64,000 nucleotides of DNA from Haplodiscus bocki (Eukaryota), in the NCBI GenBank assembly GCA_965655095.1, contig OZ296653.1:56544001-56608000 (forward strand), written 5' to 3'. The notes under the pieces were generated by a model, which ran no database searches, was not told the DNA's origin, and was given only the letters and a program-made list of their open reading frames with translations. A program made the translations under genes and the position numbers. Positions 35,701-50,078 of the stretch are shown in pieces. Within the stretch, counting starts at the first letter, position 1, and each line of letters opens with the position of its first letter.

Positions 35701-36984
35701 ACAAGACGGCCGGCTAGCACCGGCATATTTTTCGCCCAACTACAAATATTTTGATCAACTTTTGCAAACGGTTAAAAACAAAACAACTGTTTTGATTTTA
35801 GTTTTCAAAGAGTTTTTACAAACATCAATTCGACCACTGATTTCTGTACTCTATGCTAAAGGGTATCACGATTTTCCGTTGGAAAAATTTTGTCTCAACA
35901 GTGCCGAAAAAATTCGTCGAGGATCCCTTCTGTGTTTCAGAAAATTTCTGGTACCGAAAAATGTTAGGGATAAGAGAGGGGGCGGGTATCACAATTTTCT
36001 GTCAAAACTGTTTTGTCTCACAGTACGGTAAAACTTCGTAGGGGAACCCTTCTGTGTTTCACAAAATTTCCAGTATCGAAAAAATTTATGGATAAGAGGG
36101 GGGGGGGAGGGAGGAGGAGGAGGAGGAGGAGGAGGAGGAGGAGGAGGAGGAGGAGGAGAAGAAGAAGAAGAAGAAGAAGGAGGAAGGGAGTATCACAATT
36201 TTCTGTCGAAAATTTTTTGTCTCACAGTACCGAAACATTTCGCAGAGGAACCTTTCTGTGCTGTGTTTCAGAAAATTTCTGGTAGCGAAAAAGTTTATGG
36301 ATAAGAGGGAGGGGGAAGTATCTAGATTTTCCTTCGAAAATTTTTTGTCTCACAGTGCCGAAAAATTTCGTAGGTGAACCCTTTAGGGTGTCACTGATTT
36401 CGGGTATCGAAAAATTTTATGCTTAAGAGGGTTATGTCACGATTTTTCGTCGAACTTTTTTGTCTCGCAGTACCGAAAAACTTTGCAGAAACCTTCTGTG
36501 CTGTTTCGGAAAGTTTCCGTAGCGAATAAGTTTATGGATAATAAGAAGGGGGGAGTATCAAAATTTTCCGTCGAAATTTTTTTTGTCTCACTGCTGAAAA
36601 ATTCCGTAGGGGAACCCTTTAGGGTGTCACTAATTTCGGGTATCGAAAAATTTTATGCTTCAGAGGGTTATGTCACGATTTTCTGTCGAAATTTTTTGTC
36701 TCACAGTGCCGAAAATTTTCGTACGGGAAACCCTTAGTATTTCACTAATTTCGGACTAATTTTGGGTATCGAAAAAAGTTAGGGATAAATCGTTAAAATT
36801 TTTGGCAGGGCAGTGACTCGAACCCCTAACCTACTGCTTGAGAACCTTGTTGTCCTAAGCCTACCGCTGTCATTTATTTTTGAATAAAAAGAGTTGGCAA
36901 TTTTGGTCAAATAAAAAAAAGAAAAACAACTCTACTGAATGAATAATTTTTCTTGTAGATTCCATATACGGCGAAAAATAACAA
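35701..36984 (-). mobile_element. HINE-like element with internal ~110-140-bp tandem units, an (AGG/AAG)n microsatellite and a tRNA-like segment
   Basis: Terminal hairpin GCCGG-ctagca-CCGGC with tatttttcgcc at 35709-35736, and inverted ggcgaaaaata at ~36970. The unit tttgtctcacagtgccgaaaaatttcgtagggg is repeated about 7 times. Microsatellite at 36100-36188. Confidence 0.8.
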
Positions 36985-38464
36985 ATTGAATGACTCGCAA
37001 CAACTTCAGGTCCGTGGAAGAAAGTCATGTGGAAGAGTTTGTAATGTTAAGCCAATGTCCCTGTGACTTATGACTGTTCAGGGGATACTTCTGGTTAGGA
37101 CCTGATGAAGCAGGTCATGAAACTGAAGGCCGCGTGAAGAGTCAGCAATGATCGTTCACAGTTCAAAGGAATTACTTTCCTATTTTTCTTATGAAATTTA
37201 CTCGCTTTTACACTAGGCAGAAAACATTTTAGGACAAAGTTTTTTTGAGTATAAAATTGAAGACAGGCATAATTTCATGCACATTCATGCTAAGCGGATA
37301 AATTTGGAGACAAGTCACTGAAATCATCAAGTAATCAATGGCCAAACTTTTAAAACTGTCTCCAAATGAATATAATAATTGTTTGTAATAAATTTACATA
37401 AACTGAATTCTGCGCAATAGAAGGGAATTCTTGGGGAGCCTTCCTACTATCAGATCTTTTATATTTGAGGTTGAACTTTCCGAAATATGCATCAGATCTC
37501 TTCTAAAGCAAATCATCTTCCAACATTTTCACTCACAGGATCCATCATTGAATGGAAACTTGAAAGCGTTTCAAGAGCTGAAAGTAAGGTAGTCCTTGCT
37601 CCAGGATGTGAGAAATTTAGTATTTTCAACCACAAGAACATTTCAACCTGTGTCAATCTGAAACTGCCGGGAGAGAAAATTAAACTAAATTTACAAAATC
37701 TTCAGTGGCATGTCCTTATCAAAATGTATATTCTGATACAAGTGCAAGCCATTAATGATCCCTTCAGCACGAATTCAAGTTTAAATGCACATCAGTTCGA
37801 GCTGGTGATCAGGTGATAATTGCGAGATGTATCGTAGATCAAATGTGTCTTGATCGAAAGATTGTTTCAAAAGCCGTTTCTCTTTCACTAAACATTTTTT
37901 TGTTGTTGAAAAGATACGGACACCACTAATTTGTGTTTCAAGCTGAAAGTTACTGGGAATTTACGACATCACTGTCATGTGAAATAATATAAATAATAAT
38001 CTGCAATTTGAATAAATAAATTCTCTACAAAAATTTTGAGCATCTAAGTATTGTTATGGAATTATTCATCGCGCGAAAAAAAAATACGATAATATTGTCG
38101 TACATTGTGTCGTTCAGTTCTCATGTTCGAGATCAAAATTCATGTGTCAAAAGCAGATAAGGGTGATCGATAACAGCATTGAAATTTTGATATGCGTTGA
38201 AAAATTCCAAAAATATCAAGTACCGACAATTGTTCAATCTCCCCAAATGCTGACTCCAGTTACCTCCAATTTTTAAAATCTAATTCAGGTGGAAGTTTTA
38301 CAGCTCCAAATTCTCTGTTAATTTATTCAAACTATTTGCAGTTTTGACAACATGTTGCTCGTTATTTCTACCACGACAGCGAGGATATAAGCCATCTCAT
38401 CTATCCTCATAGTGATGAAAGTCAGCATTATTATTTTGTGTCTCGTGTGCCAACCATTTAGATT

Positions 38465-41400
38465 TCAGTTGTTAACAATACTGGCTGTTCGGACGGTATC
38501 TCCATGTAACTCGGCATCGCCTTCTTTGGGAGTGACAGAAGCGAGAAGCTCATCGTCGTTGTCAGATTCCAATCCCATGTCTCCAGTACCTCCGTTGTTT
38601 AAATGGGAAGGAAGTGATTGCTCAACCCCGTTGGAGTTCACATGATAGGATCCAGAGCTGACGTTTGCGGTGGTGGGCGACGAAGCATGTGGTGCAGTTT
38701 CCAAGTCTTCTTCGCTCCCAGCAGAAGGGTTAATACGCGGAGGTGGCTGACTAGGGGGCATGCGGATTGATGTGTGGACAGTCGTAGTTATGGTGGCATG
38801 CTGAACATCTAAGACAGTCACAACGAAAAATATTAATATCGAACTAAACAGTTATTATCCCTTTAACAGACAAGTCTGCCAGTTTATCATCCACACGTTT
38901 GCAAGAAACATGGTAGTGCTGATACTTAAACGTGAGCGTAAAAATAAAACATCAAGATTTACATAAAGAAGACGCAAATATGAACATTCTTGAATTTAAA
39001 CGTGAGATACATTTAGGCAACAAATTTATCAACTATCTACCTTCAAAAAATACTAATATATGTTGTGGACAATTTCAACAATTCAAAATTTTCGGAAAAA
39101 CGACAGTAATTAGTGCCAAATATAAACGACACAGACAAAATAGACGGGTGAATAACTATTATCACATGCACAAACCTCTATACGGACTGTTTTCAGGGGC
39201 ATAACCACTTGTCTGCATATTATCCAGGTGGCCTACAGGTGAAATACTATTATTGATCGGGTAATCATCATTCATGCGGATATTAGGACCAACAGACGAG
39301 TAGTGATGGGTATTGGGGTCATCCAGGGAGCCACCATTTGACATCAGCCCGTTGTTCATCCTTGACTGGATTTGTTCATGTCGGCGGGGCTCGTATTCTC
39401 CACTTTGGGGACTAGGCGGAGCTCTAATACCTCCACCCTGTGAGTGTACCGACGCAGGCAATGTTTGTGTTCTTCGGCCAGAGAGTGTATTCCTAGCGAA
39501 TGTATCTCCACGAGTCAAAGTCGCTGACTTTTTAATCTGGTACTCAGTTTGACCCATTAAAGTGGGGTGACTCGGGCCAAAGAAGGCTTTTCTAGGCTTG
39601 GGATTTGCAGAAAATAATCGAAAAAATTGATGATGCTCAATGCATATCTTCCAGAAATTTTTAGCTTCCTTTTGGCTATCCATTTTGAACATTATCACGC
39701 TATCAATTCCATCGTAATCATTGCGTAACAGTGTGATCGCAAAGTCAGTTTTCTTGTAAGATATTTTAATGATTTTCGCCCATGCAAACCTGTTCAGTCG
39801 AAGCTGCTCGCGAAACACAAGAATGCCACTAGCACTGACTCCGAGATACAGACGCACTCCCTGCAAGTCAGAACAGGGTTTAGTAGTAACTCCATAAAGG
39901 GTCAACTTCTTAGCAACCTCCAAATAGTTTTGTTCAGCTTCGGCTGTTGTCATTCCACGATGTGTTCTGTACAGCTGCAGAATTCTTTCCAGCAACACAG
40001 TAGCCTCTGCTTGTGATACATGTGGAGAGAACAAGGGCAGGTCGTGAATGCTGTTCAGGTCTAAGTCGGGCGTATAGTCTCCCTGGTCAGCTTGACACAC
40101 GAAGGAACCTAAAATTACACCGATTATCAAGTAATTCACATCCATCGGAAGGGGAACTATCAATATCACTGTGAAGAGATCTAGCAAATTGCGTCAATCC
40201 TTCAACCATGAATCCGTCACCTTTGCGTTAGTTTTTCCTTTTCATTTTTTAAAAACCAAAATTATACTTTCATAGTATAGAACTATTTGTTTCAAGCATG
40301 AATCATACAATTTGTTGTCAAAACTTGTGCACATTTGGAATCAATGTGCAAAATTTGTGACAACTTTTTTCAACTCGAGTTTTTGATATCATTAAATTTC
40401 ATACCGGTAACTGCAGTAATGTCCTAGACTGTGGAAACTGCAAAAAAAACAAGACGCCCGGCTAACTCCAGGATATTTTCCGCCTTCCAGATTAGAGAAG
40501 AAACGTTAAGAAGCAGTAATTCGAACGAAAATATGTCTGAAACATGTGAGAAATTCCATCAACTCAAAATTGATAACTTTTCGAAATTTCTATATATTTT
40601 TTCAAAAACCCAACTTCCAGTAAAAAAAGTACTTTTTGAGAAAGACTACTATAATAGGCGAAGTCTGCGGCAACTTTCGAAGAGAATGACAGAATAAAAA
40701 TGTTTAGCGTGCATTTTTGCTTTATCATGCAATTCGCAAATTTCATGTTAAAATATCTGAAAGTTGAGATAATGATTTTCCGTCCTTACATGAAATATGA
40801 CCGGAAAATGATTTAAAAAATAGGCGCAACGAGCGATTTGACTGGGTTTTGACTACATGCGCCTAATGAACTAAGAGCGTTCCGAACGCTTCTCCGACAC
40901 AATGGTCGCTCCTCCAGTTTTTGAACTCTAAGTTATGCAAGGAAAGTTGTCATCTGGAAAAAGCATTTCATAGCCAATTTCTCCCGAACCGCAAACCCAG
41001 TGAATGGATTACAGCAAAACGGAACCAGAAACGATTTGAATAAGGACCCAGAAAAGAGGGGAAGTAACTTTTGGCGAGATGACAATTGGAAAATATCGGT
41101 AAACGGAAAGTAATCTCAGAAGGAAACCTATTTTTACACGACTGTTGGCTGTCGCGGAATTTTTTCCCCATATTCCGATAAATCCTCCGAATCAGTAGGA
41201 ATACATTAGACCTGACTCAGGCAGTTTACAGGTTTCTGAGGCAGTACTCGAAGATAGTAGTTTTGCAAAATTACCAATTGAGTAGTGAAAATTCTGACTT
41301 TTCACGTTGTTTTGGCAGAAAAACCTATGAAGGCGAAATATTTCCGGAAACTAGCAACAAGGTAGCCAAAAGTTTTCCGGAGTCGAATCAGCTACAATTA

Positions 41401-42417
41401 GCCCGCTAGGTACTATATGTACTGATATTTTGGTGCTTTTCAAGAATATGCTGTCGATGACACAAAATCTGCGAAAAAAAAAGATGGTGATATTTTCGGA
41501 AAACATGGATTTTTTCACTAATTTTCGCGAAATGTACCGCTAAAACTCCACCGAAAAAAAACTTCAAAAAATTTTCAAACTAGCAAGGAATCAAGAAGAG
41601 TTGATTTCGCACCGATTCGATTAACATAGGCACCCATTGTATGTGCATGGTACTGATGCTAGTCAAATTCGACGATTTGCCCCACAAATTTTCGGCGTTT
41701 TCAGTTTATTTTATCAAATAAGTTCTCCGCGGAAAAATTCTTGACGCTAAAATTTTGGGACATGGTCAATTGCAACCTTGCGTTATAGTTTTCAAGAAAC
41801 TAGAACGATCCAACCAATACGCTCTGAGATATAACGCTTCAAAGTCAAGAAACGCAGAGTGAACAAATTCTAAACCGGCAAAACATGTCTGAAGAAAAGA
41901 AAAACGACACTAGCTAGCCATTGAATAATTTCATTTTCCATATCTAAAATATGGAGGCGGGAAATAACAAAAACTAACCAAGCAGAGCCAAGGTAGAGAG
42001 CGAACAAGGCAGCTTTCCTTTAGCAACATCGTCACGTATTTGGAGATAGAAAAGATATCGGCTGTATTCCATCAATGTTGTAGGATCGGGAGGATAAAAT
42101 TTCACATTCATAGCAAATGCGGGATTGTTGGCTTTCTTCATTTGCTTCTCAACACTTTTGGCCCGGTCAAGCCAAGCAATGGGTTCCTTCTCATCAATGA
42201 CGTCAAATGTCAAACTGAAGTAGTCCCTTTCCTCCAAGGGAGGATTCATGCTTCGAAACACTTCTTGTAATAACTCTTCACCCTTCGCTTTGCGACTGAC
42301 TGTAACCTCTATGGGGTGACCATCCAGCAAGTACACCTGGTAACTTTGCTTGGGTCCCGAGGGGGCGCTCCTGCTGGTATTACTGGGTCCACTGCTGTAG
42401 CCTTGCTGCGCTGTCAT
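38465..42417 (-). CDS. FERM-domain protein of the band 4.1/coracle (EPB41) family, ~571 aa; exons 42417-41979, 40108-39176, 38808-38465
   Basis: VYLLDG, ERDYFSL, WLD, VKFYPPDP, SRYLFYLQIRDD, LALLG|SFVCQ, HRGMTTAEAE.NYLEVAKKLTLYGV, LGVSASGILV, RFAWAKIIKISYK and FWKICIEHHQFFRL. Both introns are phase 1 with GT-AG ends. Confidence 0.93.
40448..40760 (-). mobile_element. Diverged HINE-like fragment in FERM intron 1
   Basis: acaagacgcccggctaactccaggatattttccgcc matches the family terminus. Confidence 0.5.
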
Positions 42418-45400
42418 AATTGCTTAATCAAATGACTGCAAATCAAATGCAAAAGTACAGAAAGGAAGTGATATAATAAATGGAAGATAACTTTACTGCG
42501 GATATCAAAAAGGAAATTGAAGAAAGAATACAAAATATTCGTATTGTGTATTATTTAATACGTCTATGACTCTTGCTTGCCCATAGTAAGAATGTACTAA
42601 GAACAAGGTTAAAGTTAGGTCGGGAGACTTATTGCATGGGTTTGTATTTGTTTGAAGCGTGTGAACTTGAACGGTCGACTCTTCGGTTGGTATATTCGTC
42701 AGGGTAGTACGACGAGGCACACAAGGGGCGAGATCCAATGTTTGATCTGGTCAAACAAAATGTTTGAAAGTTCTGAAAAACTTCTGAGGGCTCTCAACTC
42801 TTTCCTTTTTACTTATTTCAGGCAAAGTTTGGAAAGTCTCGACGGTTGATAGTTTGGGTCAGTAAGTTTTCATAACGAGTTCTTACAAACAGGATTGGCG
42901 ACAACAGCAACTGTGAAGCTTGAATCTCACAATTGATAGACAGTACTGTGAGAGTATAGTGTGTTATCGGCAGTGCCGTGAGAGACAACCCACTTCAATA
43001 ATGCAAAATCTGAAACGATTCAGTAAAATTAAAGAATGGCTGAAACTGGGCAGCACATTCAAAGGCAACCGAAACCGCAGTAAAATATGCAGTCATGTCA
43101 CCGTTTGGGCAAAAGCGCCACTTTTGAGGACCCGCATCAGAGAAACTGTAATGAACCCCCGACCCGAAAGATCCCCATTTAAGGGGGACAGAAATTCCAC
43201 ATTACAAACATTTTGAATGATTTAATATCCTTATTGTTTGAAGAAAGAGCAGCAGTATACTACGAACGAACCAACAGCCATAGCCGCTAGTACTTCAGCG
43301 AGCAAAACCAAAATCGGTATCATTTTTAGTTTCCGAGTTAATGTGATTTTAGAGCCGCAATTTAATCAAGAGTAAAGCATCCACAACTGGGACAGGAACA
43401 GTAACAACGGGAATCCGTGCGGAGATGAAATTTCAAATTTTTTTTACAAAATGCACCTGCTGACTACCGAGAAAAAGAAAATTGACTCGAGAGCCAAGAA
43501 TAGATTCCAGTCAAAAGGATAAATAATTGTCCCAACGGTTTCCGGAGCTCAGCAAGATAGATTTCGAAATAAAGTGAATATCAATTGAGCGCAATGTTAG
43601 ATCTTCCTGAAATTTTTGGAGGGAAGCAAATGGAAGTGTTGAAGTCCTGAGAGAATTTCTAAATGGCCAATCTGGGTTGGAGCAGGAGTGTATTTATCAA
43701 GCGCAAGCTTTCTAAAGTTTTCATCAGAATATATTTTTGGCGACTAACATCAAAAAGCACCTCAGGGAGACTTCTATATCCACTCTATTTTTATATTCCA
43801 GCACTGATGCCACATTATTGCCTCGTTTATGGTAGACGCAGTGAATATATTATCCATTACATCCTACAGGCTCCTAGAATGCATCCTTTGTGACCAAAAA
43901 AGGATGCTAAGAATTTTTTTTAATTTTGAAGTGGAGTCTCCTTGATCAAGCTATCTTCGCAATCTGGTTAGGATTTCATGTCAAAAAATTGATACAATTT
44001 GATGTACAAGAAAAAATGGAAACATCAAAGATATTGGCCAAAAATATCTGAATAACTATATGATATCAAATGGGAGCCTGTGTGTGTGTTTTGTTGGATT
44101 TACAGCAGAAATCTGATACTGGAGAATCGACGAAGATTGAAACCACTTGAGCGATTGCCGGCTTTTTTTAGTGAATACACCATTACACCGAATAATTAAA
44201 GAGTGGAATGACGCTGAACACGTATAAATCAAATAATTACTTTATTTGAACTCAAATTTTATCGACTAGAAGCAATTTCAATTCTCCCACACTGAAATTT
44301 CTAACTACCAACAAAATGAATCTGAAACCTCGGTTCGAACACATTAGTACATTATCAATAATTACTTTGATAGAGTAAGTGAAGCTCGGCCTCAATGTTC
44401 AATTACAATTTCAAATAGCTGTGAAATGAAGTAAACTCACAAATACGTTCATGATTAGTTAGTTTCGTGGTTGATTGTAAATCTGTTCACACGGAAAGTT
44501 ACAAGCACCGAGGGGGTTGTTGGCAATTGTTCTGCGATTGTAAAATCAGTAGTACCGTGGTAACAACAACACGTACCACGTCATTTTACGCCCGCAAAAG
44601 TTATGTAGAAACACAAAATATTCAAACAGTGGTTAGTTAATGAGCATAACGGCCTACTTCTTCAATCGACAAACATGCGATCAGCATAAGAGGCCTCCGC
44701 CGGTCGTTTCAATGCAGTTTGCAGAGTTTATTTTGTCTGGCACACTTCTTGCATAAACTGCAGCAAATTAGAAGCATTTTTGAGAGATGGATTTAGCCAC
44801 ACGAGAATGTAATGAAATATTGGAAGTGAGTGGAAAATATTAATATATTGAAATTGTTCCGCACAGATTACCATTTAAATATTAAGCTGGCTACAACATT
44901 TTCGAGTCGAGAACATAGACAATTAAGTAATATCGCGTATTTCCATTCAGCGGAGCTGTATGCAAGTCTAGGCACACAGTTCGATGTGTAGAAACACCAT
45001 AATCACACGCTTGTATAAGGTGCCAAGGTTGACAATGCAATGGCATACAAACGTACTATGTATGTGGCCTAACATCAAATAGAATTTCCGTAGACTACTA
45101 AAAAACATCAGATGGTGTTGAAATGGAACCAGAAAACAAGAAACATTGAAAGATTGTGATAGATAACATACATACGCAAAACATATTAACCAACGTGCTG
45201 TCTTCGGTAACACACGTCTTCCATATCCGATCATCAATTATTCTTGTAAAATCACAGTTGGGTAATTTACAGCAATAAATGAAAATTCAACTTTACTTAC
45301 ACAACGATATGGATTTTCGACCCAATTTTTCTCAAAAATCATTGGAAAAATAAGCACTGCTCTACTTTCCATTTAATTGTGAGCTATACGAGAAACCTGT

Positions 45401-47020
45401 CAACAAAAAAAACGCCAGGGGAGCTACGTATTGAAGAGTTTTTTGGAAATATAAACACGTTTTCGCGACACACTCATGTTGCATGGTTATACCAAAAACT
45501 TTCAAAGGACCGACTTTAAATTTGCGCGACGACCCCCTTCGCATATTCTAAATTTCCTCCAAAAATGCACGCACCCTTACAATGATGCAACTTCAACCAA
45601 TTGGTTAAGCAATGGTCGACTCCTAGCATCCGTTAATTGACGGTCACAAGGGTCATGCCTACGTTCAATTTTCTTCAGTCTTATTATGCGTTTTTCCCGG
45701 TGACATAACTACTGCTTCTAAGCTATGGACGAATGAAATGACCAAGCTCCAAATGTAGCAAGAGTTGTAAGTAAACTCAAACTGCAGCAGCCACCCCTGG
45801 TCCAGCTCAAATGGTGCACGCAAACCCTATGTCACCGCTCTTCCACTTAGCTACGGAACATCTTACATACAGTAGGTCGAGACAAAATTCCGCTCCCATT
45901 CTTCCTTTGCTATGTTGCTCTTTGTCTTAGTTACTAGTAAAATTTGAGTAGACACAAAAGGGAAAAGCATAAACAATTTTCATAAAGACACTGATTACAA
46001 TGATCAATTTCCTGTGGATCAAACTAGTGCCCAGAATCAGCCGACAAATTATGAAAATCTGAGGAGTGCAAAAGAAACGTAAAAATTTGCTTCACTAGAT
46101 CCGATTTAAAAGTGCTCAGCATTTGATTAACAGCTAGATGAAAACTATCGAATTCGTTGCAATCAACTTTAAAAATTGAACAAAAGATACAAACAACTAA
46201 ATAATAGGCAAAAATTCACCAGATCGTTTCCAAAAATAGCTTTCAATTAAGCACCGGATGGTCGGGATTTTAAATGAGTCGTATGACTCACCAGGACACC
46301 CAGTTAATCCTGTTGGAAATCTCACACAGAACATTTTGCATTTAAAGGCCTCAGACAAAAGAGCTATTATTTGAAACAATCAAATTGTTTTGGGCTAGCA
46401 GTTTTAATATGAACAAGCCGGGAACGGCCCAAGACATAAAGATCAATGGGGGTTCGTTGTTTTTGAAAAATTATAACTTTCCCAGAAAAATCACATTTTT
46501 TCTCCAAAAATTTGGTCTTACAGTGCCAAAACATCGTAAAGGGACTCTTTTTTTTACAATATTTACTGCCTGAAGAAGTCATTAGTTCAGAAATTAATGG
46601 TATTTGGCATATGCCAAAACGTTTTGCCACATTAAGGGCCAATTTTTTTTTGCATTCAACAACGGGATATTCATGCTTTCTGTACGATTTGTACTTGTTT
46701 AGAGTAGTTTACGGCCGTTCTAAGACACAGGGAGTGCACAGAAGCGACTCTTCATTTTCGTCGAATACACGGTGAAAAAATTTAAATAAAACAACTAGCC
46801 ACTGTAAAATAGTCGGGCAGCTTTAAATCAATTGTAAAGCGCCGACTAGAAAAAATATATTAGCTCGCTTCAACCAAAGAAAATGAAAAGGCTTATAGCT
46901 AGAGGTAGGATGTATTATTGGCAGTACTGCTAAGAATTTTCCATAGCTAAAACACTTAAAAATATTGCACTGCTGAATAAATAATGGACAATATGACGAC
47001 GCTCGTTCTTTCACCTAGTA

Positions 47021-47368
47021 TCAGGTTTTCCTCCCTCTTCCGGCCATGAGCTGCGTGGCCAAAGGGTCAATGTCGAACTCATCCTCCCAAGAATCTAAAA
47101 TCGAGGGCGCAAGTACTGATATGGTGTTTTGCATAAAACCTCGGCCCCTCCCTCGTCCTATGTTTGGCCTTGGTGTGGACGATTCTTGGAAAGATTCTCT
47201 GAAAGATGATGATGATGATGATGAATATAAATATACCGGTGCCTCTTTCCCACGACCGCGTCGCTTTTTAGGTGCAGTATTCTTATGACTAAAGATATTT
47301 GAAGATTCGGATTTCAAATACTGCTTGCCGCCATTTAAGTTTGTTGCAATAAATGCAGGTCCATGAGA
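47021..47368 (-). CDS. Probable terminal exon (RG-rich, SWEDE motif), possibly belonging to the GTSF1-like gene
   Basis: tttttcag acceptor followed by an open frame containing RRGRG, GRGRGRG, LDSWEDEFD and AGRGR. Its phase 0 does not match the phase 1 donor at 51496, so the linkage is unproven. Confidence 0.45.
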   Translation of the reverse strand, partial: SHGPAFIATNLNGGKQYLKSESSNIFSHKNTAPKKRRGRGKEAPVYLYSSSSSSSFRESFQESSTPRPNIGRGRGRGFMQNTISVLAPSILDSWEDEFDIDPLATQLMAGRGRKT

Positions 47369-50078
47369 CTGAAAAACAATGACGTCATATTAACCATATT
47401 GAAAAACTTGACTAAAATTCAAAGTTTGTGAAAATTTACCAGAAGCAAACATATAAAATAGCCCTAAAATTCTTTAAAATCATCACTATCCTTCCTTCAT
47501 AAGCAAGAAAGGCTCAAGATATCCATGGTGGATCCTTAGTTTTTGAAAACATGTGGCTTTATGACAAAAAATAGCTATAATCACGTTTTTTTCGTGGTAA
47601 ACTTTTCGTCGCACAATGCCTAAAATTTAATAGATGGAATCTTTGGTAAAGTTTGTTCCGTTTATACAATTGGTACATATTTACAATATGTGAAAGTTAA
47701 TAGATCAAAACTTCGGCAAAAAAAATTGGAACGTCTTCGGAATATTTTTCTCGTATATGTAAATGGTATCACAAACAAATGTTGAAGTATTTTCAAAAAC
47801 AAAGTCCAGGAGAGTTCATGATACTGTTTGTGGCACAGTGCAGCCTTAAGTTTGTTCAAAATTTCAGAAATGGTGAAAAAACTTATTCAGGCAATAGCAA
47901 AGTGAGCGCCGACAAAACCAAGAAACCAAAAAGCCCGAAATTTTGACGGAAAAAATTTCCAGTTACTTAAATAATGAGATACTGGTAAATAACACGAATA
48001 AATAGATGTTTTTTTTGAGTATATAGATTTTAGAGTTCCACTTGAGACAGAAATTATTGCATTCTCTTACTATTCATTGAAGAATAAATTCCCAGGAATT
48101 ACAACGAATACCGGCGCCGCCTGTATGGCAGAAAATATTCACACGACGGAGTTGATTTTTATATTGGAAAAAAAACTTGTATTTTGATACAACTTTTGAA
48201 TGTAACAAAACATACTTTAGGTTGGCATTCAAAACCACAACCTGTCGATTCCTTAGATTTTTAAAGCGGGTATCACTAAAAGAGGTAGGATCTACGTATA
48301 GTTTCTGGTATAAAGTAAAAACATCACTTACATCGCTGTGGTTTCAAAACCCTTTCGTCATTACCGACTGGGCCATAAAAGATGTCTAAAATATATAGCC
48401 CATGCGCACTTTCGAACCCAGACCAGAGGAATCAGAGCCCGTTTGTCAAAAACGCACGGGGCCATACAAAATGTAAACAATATAAACAATACAGCCCATA
48501 CCGGGGTTCGAAACTACAACGAGTAGTTTTGGAGAAGCTTTGGTCCAATCCACTGGGCAGTATAAAATGTAAAAAAGCAGTAAAGATTTTCGCAAGCGCA
48601 ACCTATGGCATCGCCTTTTTCATTTTACCCAGTGGGCCAATTAAAATGTAAAACATAGGCGCTGTGTTTAGCGCAAAGCTCGCGAAGGACAGAAATCATC
48701 CACGAGATGAACACGGAGCCAGCAGAAAAATTGAGAGGCAATTAAAAAGCCAGAAACACGACATTCCTGAAACTTCAGTTTACTATAAACGCGAGTTCTT
48801 GAATGAGCACTGCATAGCCGCAATTAAAACGGCAGTCTACTAGAAAAAAACGTAAAAGTAAAACGTGACAAAAATTCGAATTTCATATCAACCGTTAAAA
48901 TTCTTCACATGAAAAGTACGAAACGGGACATCTCTGCTTCTTTCCTGACTTTCCATATCACGTGCATTCGATTGACTCCCATCAACATAGCATGGGTGGA
49001 TTTCATATCAAAGGTGGATAAAATCTAATACGCCGTTTGAAAATAGGTCACAACCTCGAACTAATCTTTCCACCTTCGGCTTCAATATTAAAACTTGAGT
49101 CCGTTTGAACAATATTTGCAATCCATTGTCATTATGAACAAACCGGCAAAATTTCCCAGCTAGTGCCACCTATGAGCATCGAACGTATATTCACGTGAAC
49201 GTTTACATGCAGTAAGCGAAGAATGGCCACAGTCGGCGCTGCCCGTAAAGGTCAAAATACTTGAAACCCGAGTCTTTTGTTTTGGATAATTCTGTTCAAT
49301 TTTTTGACAAAATTTGTCTTGCAGTCTTGAAACAAATCGTAGGGAGGGCTCTTTTGAGTATGAAAATACATTTGCTTCTGAAAATTTCCTGTAAACCAAA
49401 GAGGAGGTATCACAATTTTGTTCCGAAAATTCAGTTTCAATATCGAAAAGTTTTGGGAGTACTTTAAACTTTTGCAAAATTTGGCCGTCCCAAGAGAGCG
49501 GGGTACGAAGTAACAAAGTATCACTAAAAAAGAAGCGCGCCCCAAAAATTTTGGTTTATTTGTTTTGAAAATTATCGGATTAACTACCCATATGCGATTA
49601 TCGCGATAAATTGTCGAATTGACATACCCGAAAATTTTTGAAATTATATCACATAAGTTTTGATATGTGGCTCTGCGGAATATTTTCAACTTTCGTACAA
49701 GTTTTTAAAGCTTTACTCATTCTGTGTGCAGAGTGGGCAAAAATACCCAAGGCAAGGTTTAAAAAACCTCGAACAGAGAAGGAGGCCTGTTGTCTTGAAA
49801 AAAGCACAACCACAGTCGGCCTTTCTAACTGAAGCGCGGACTAAACACGTGAACGCGAGTCATGTCATAATTTTGCAACAGCGGACACACGTTCGTTTCC
49901 AAAAAATTGCTTTTGAGCAAGTTTTTCTCTTTACCAAATACTTCTGACGCTTGTTTATACGTTCTAAGTCTAAAATGGAAAACTTGACTAAGATATTATT
50001 TTTCACTAATTCTCGACTTTCAATTTCAATAAAGAACTATTTTCAAATGAAGATTACATATGTTTGCATTCCTATATA

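Noticed and set aside
36013-36285. Poly-Arg, protamine-like ORF
   Set aside because: It is the translation of an (AGG/AAG)n microsatellite within a HINE.
37102-37125. CTGATGA...GAAA hammerhead-like boxes
   Set aside because: No supporting stem II or stem I pairing.
42500-46900. Many 60-100 aa ORFs upstream of the FERM gene
   Set aside because: No motifs or coherent splice pattern; consistent with UTR, intronic or intergenic sequence.
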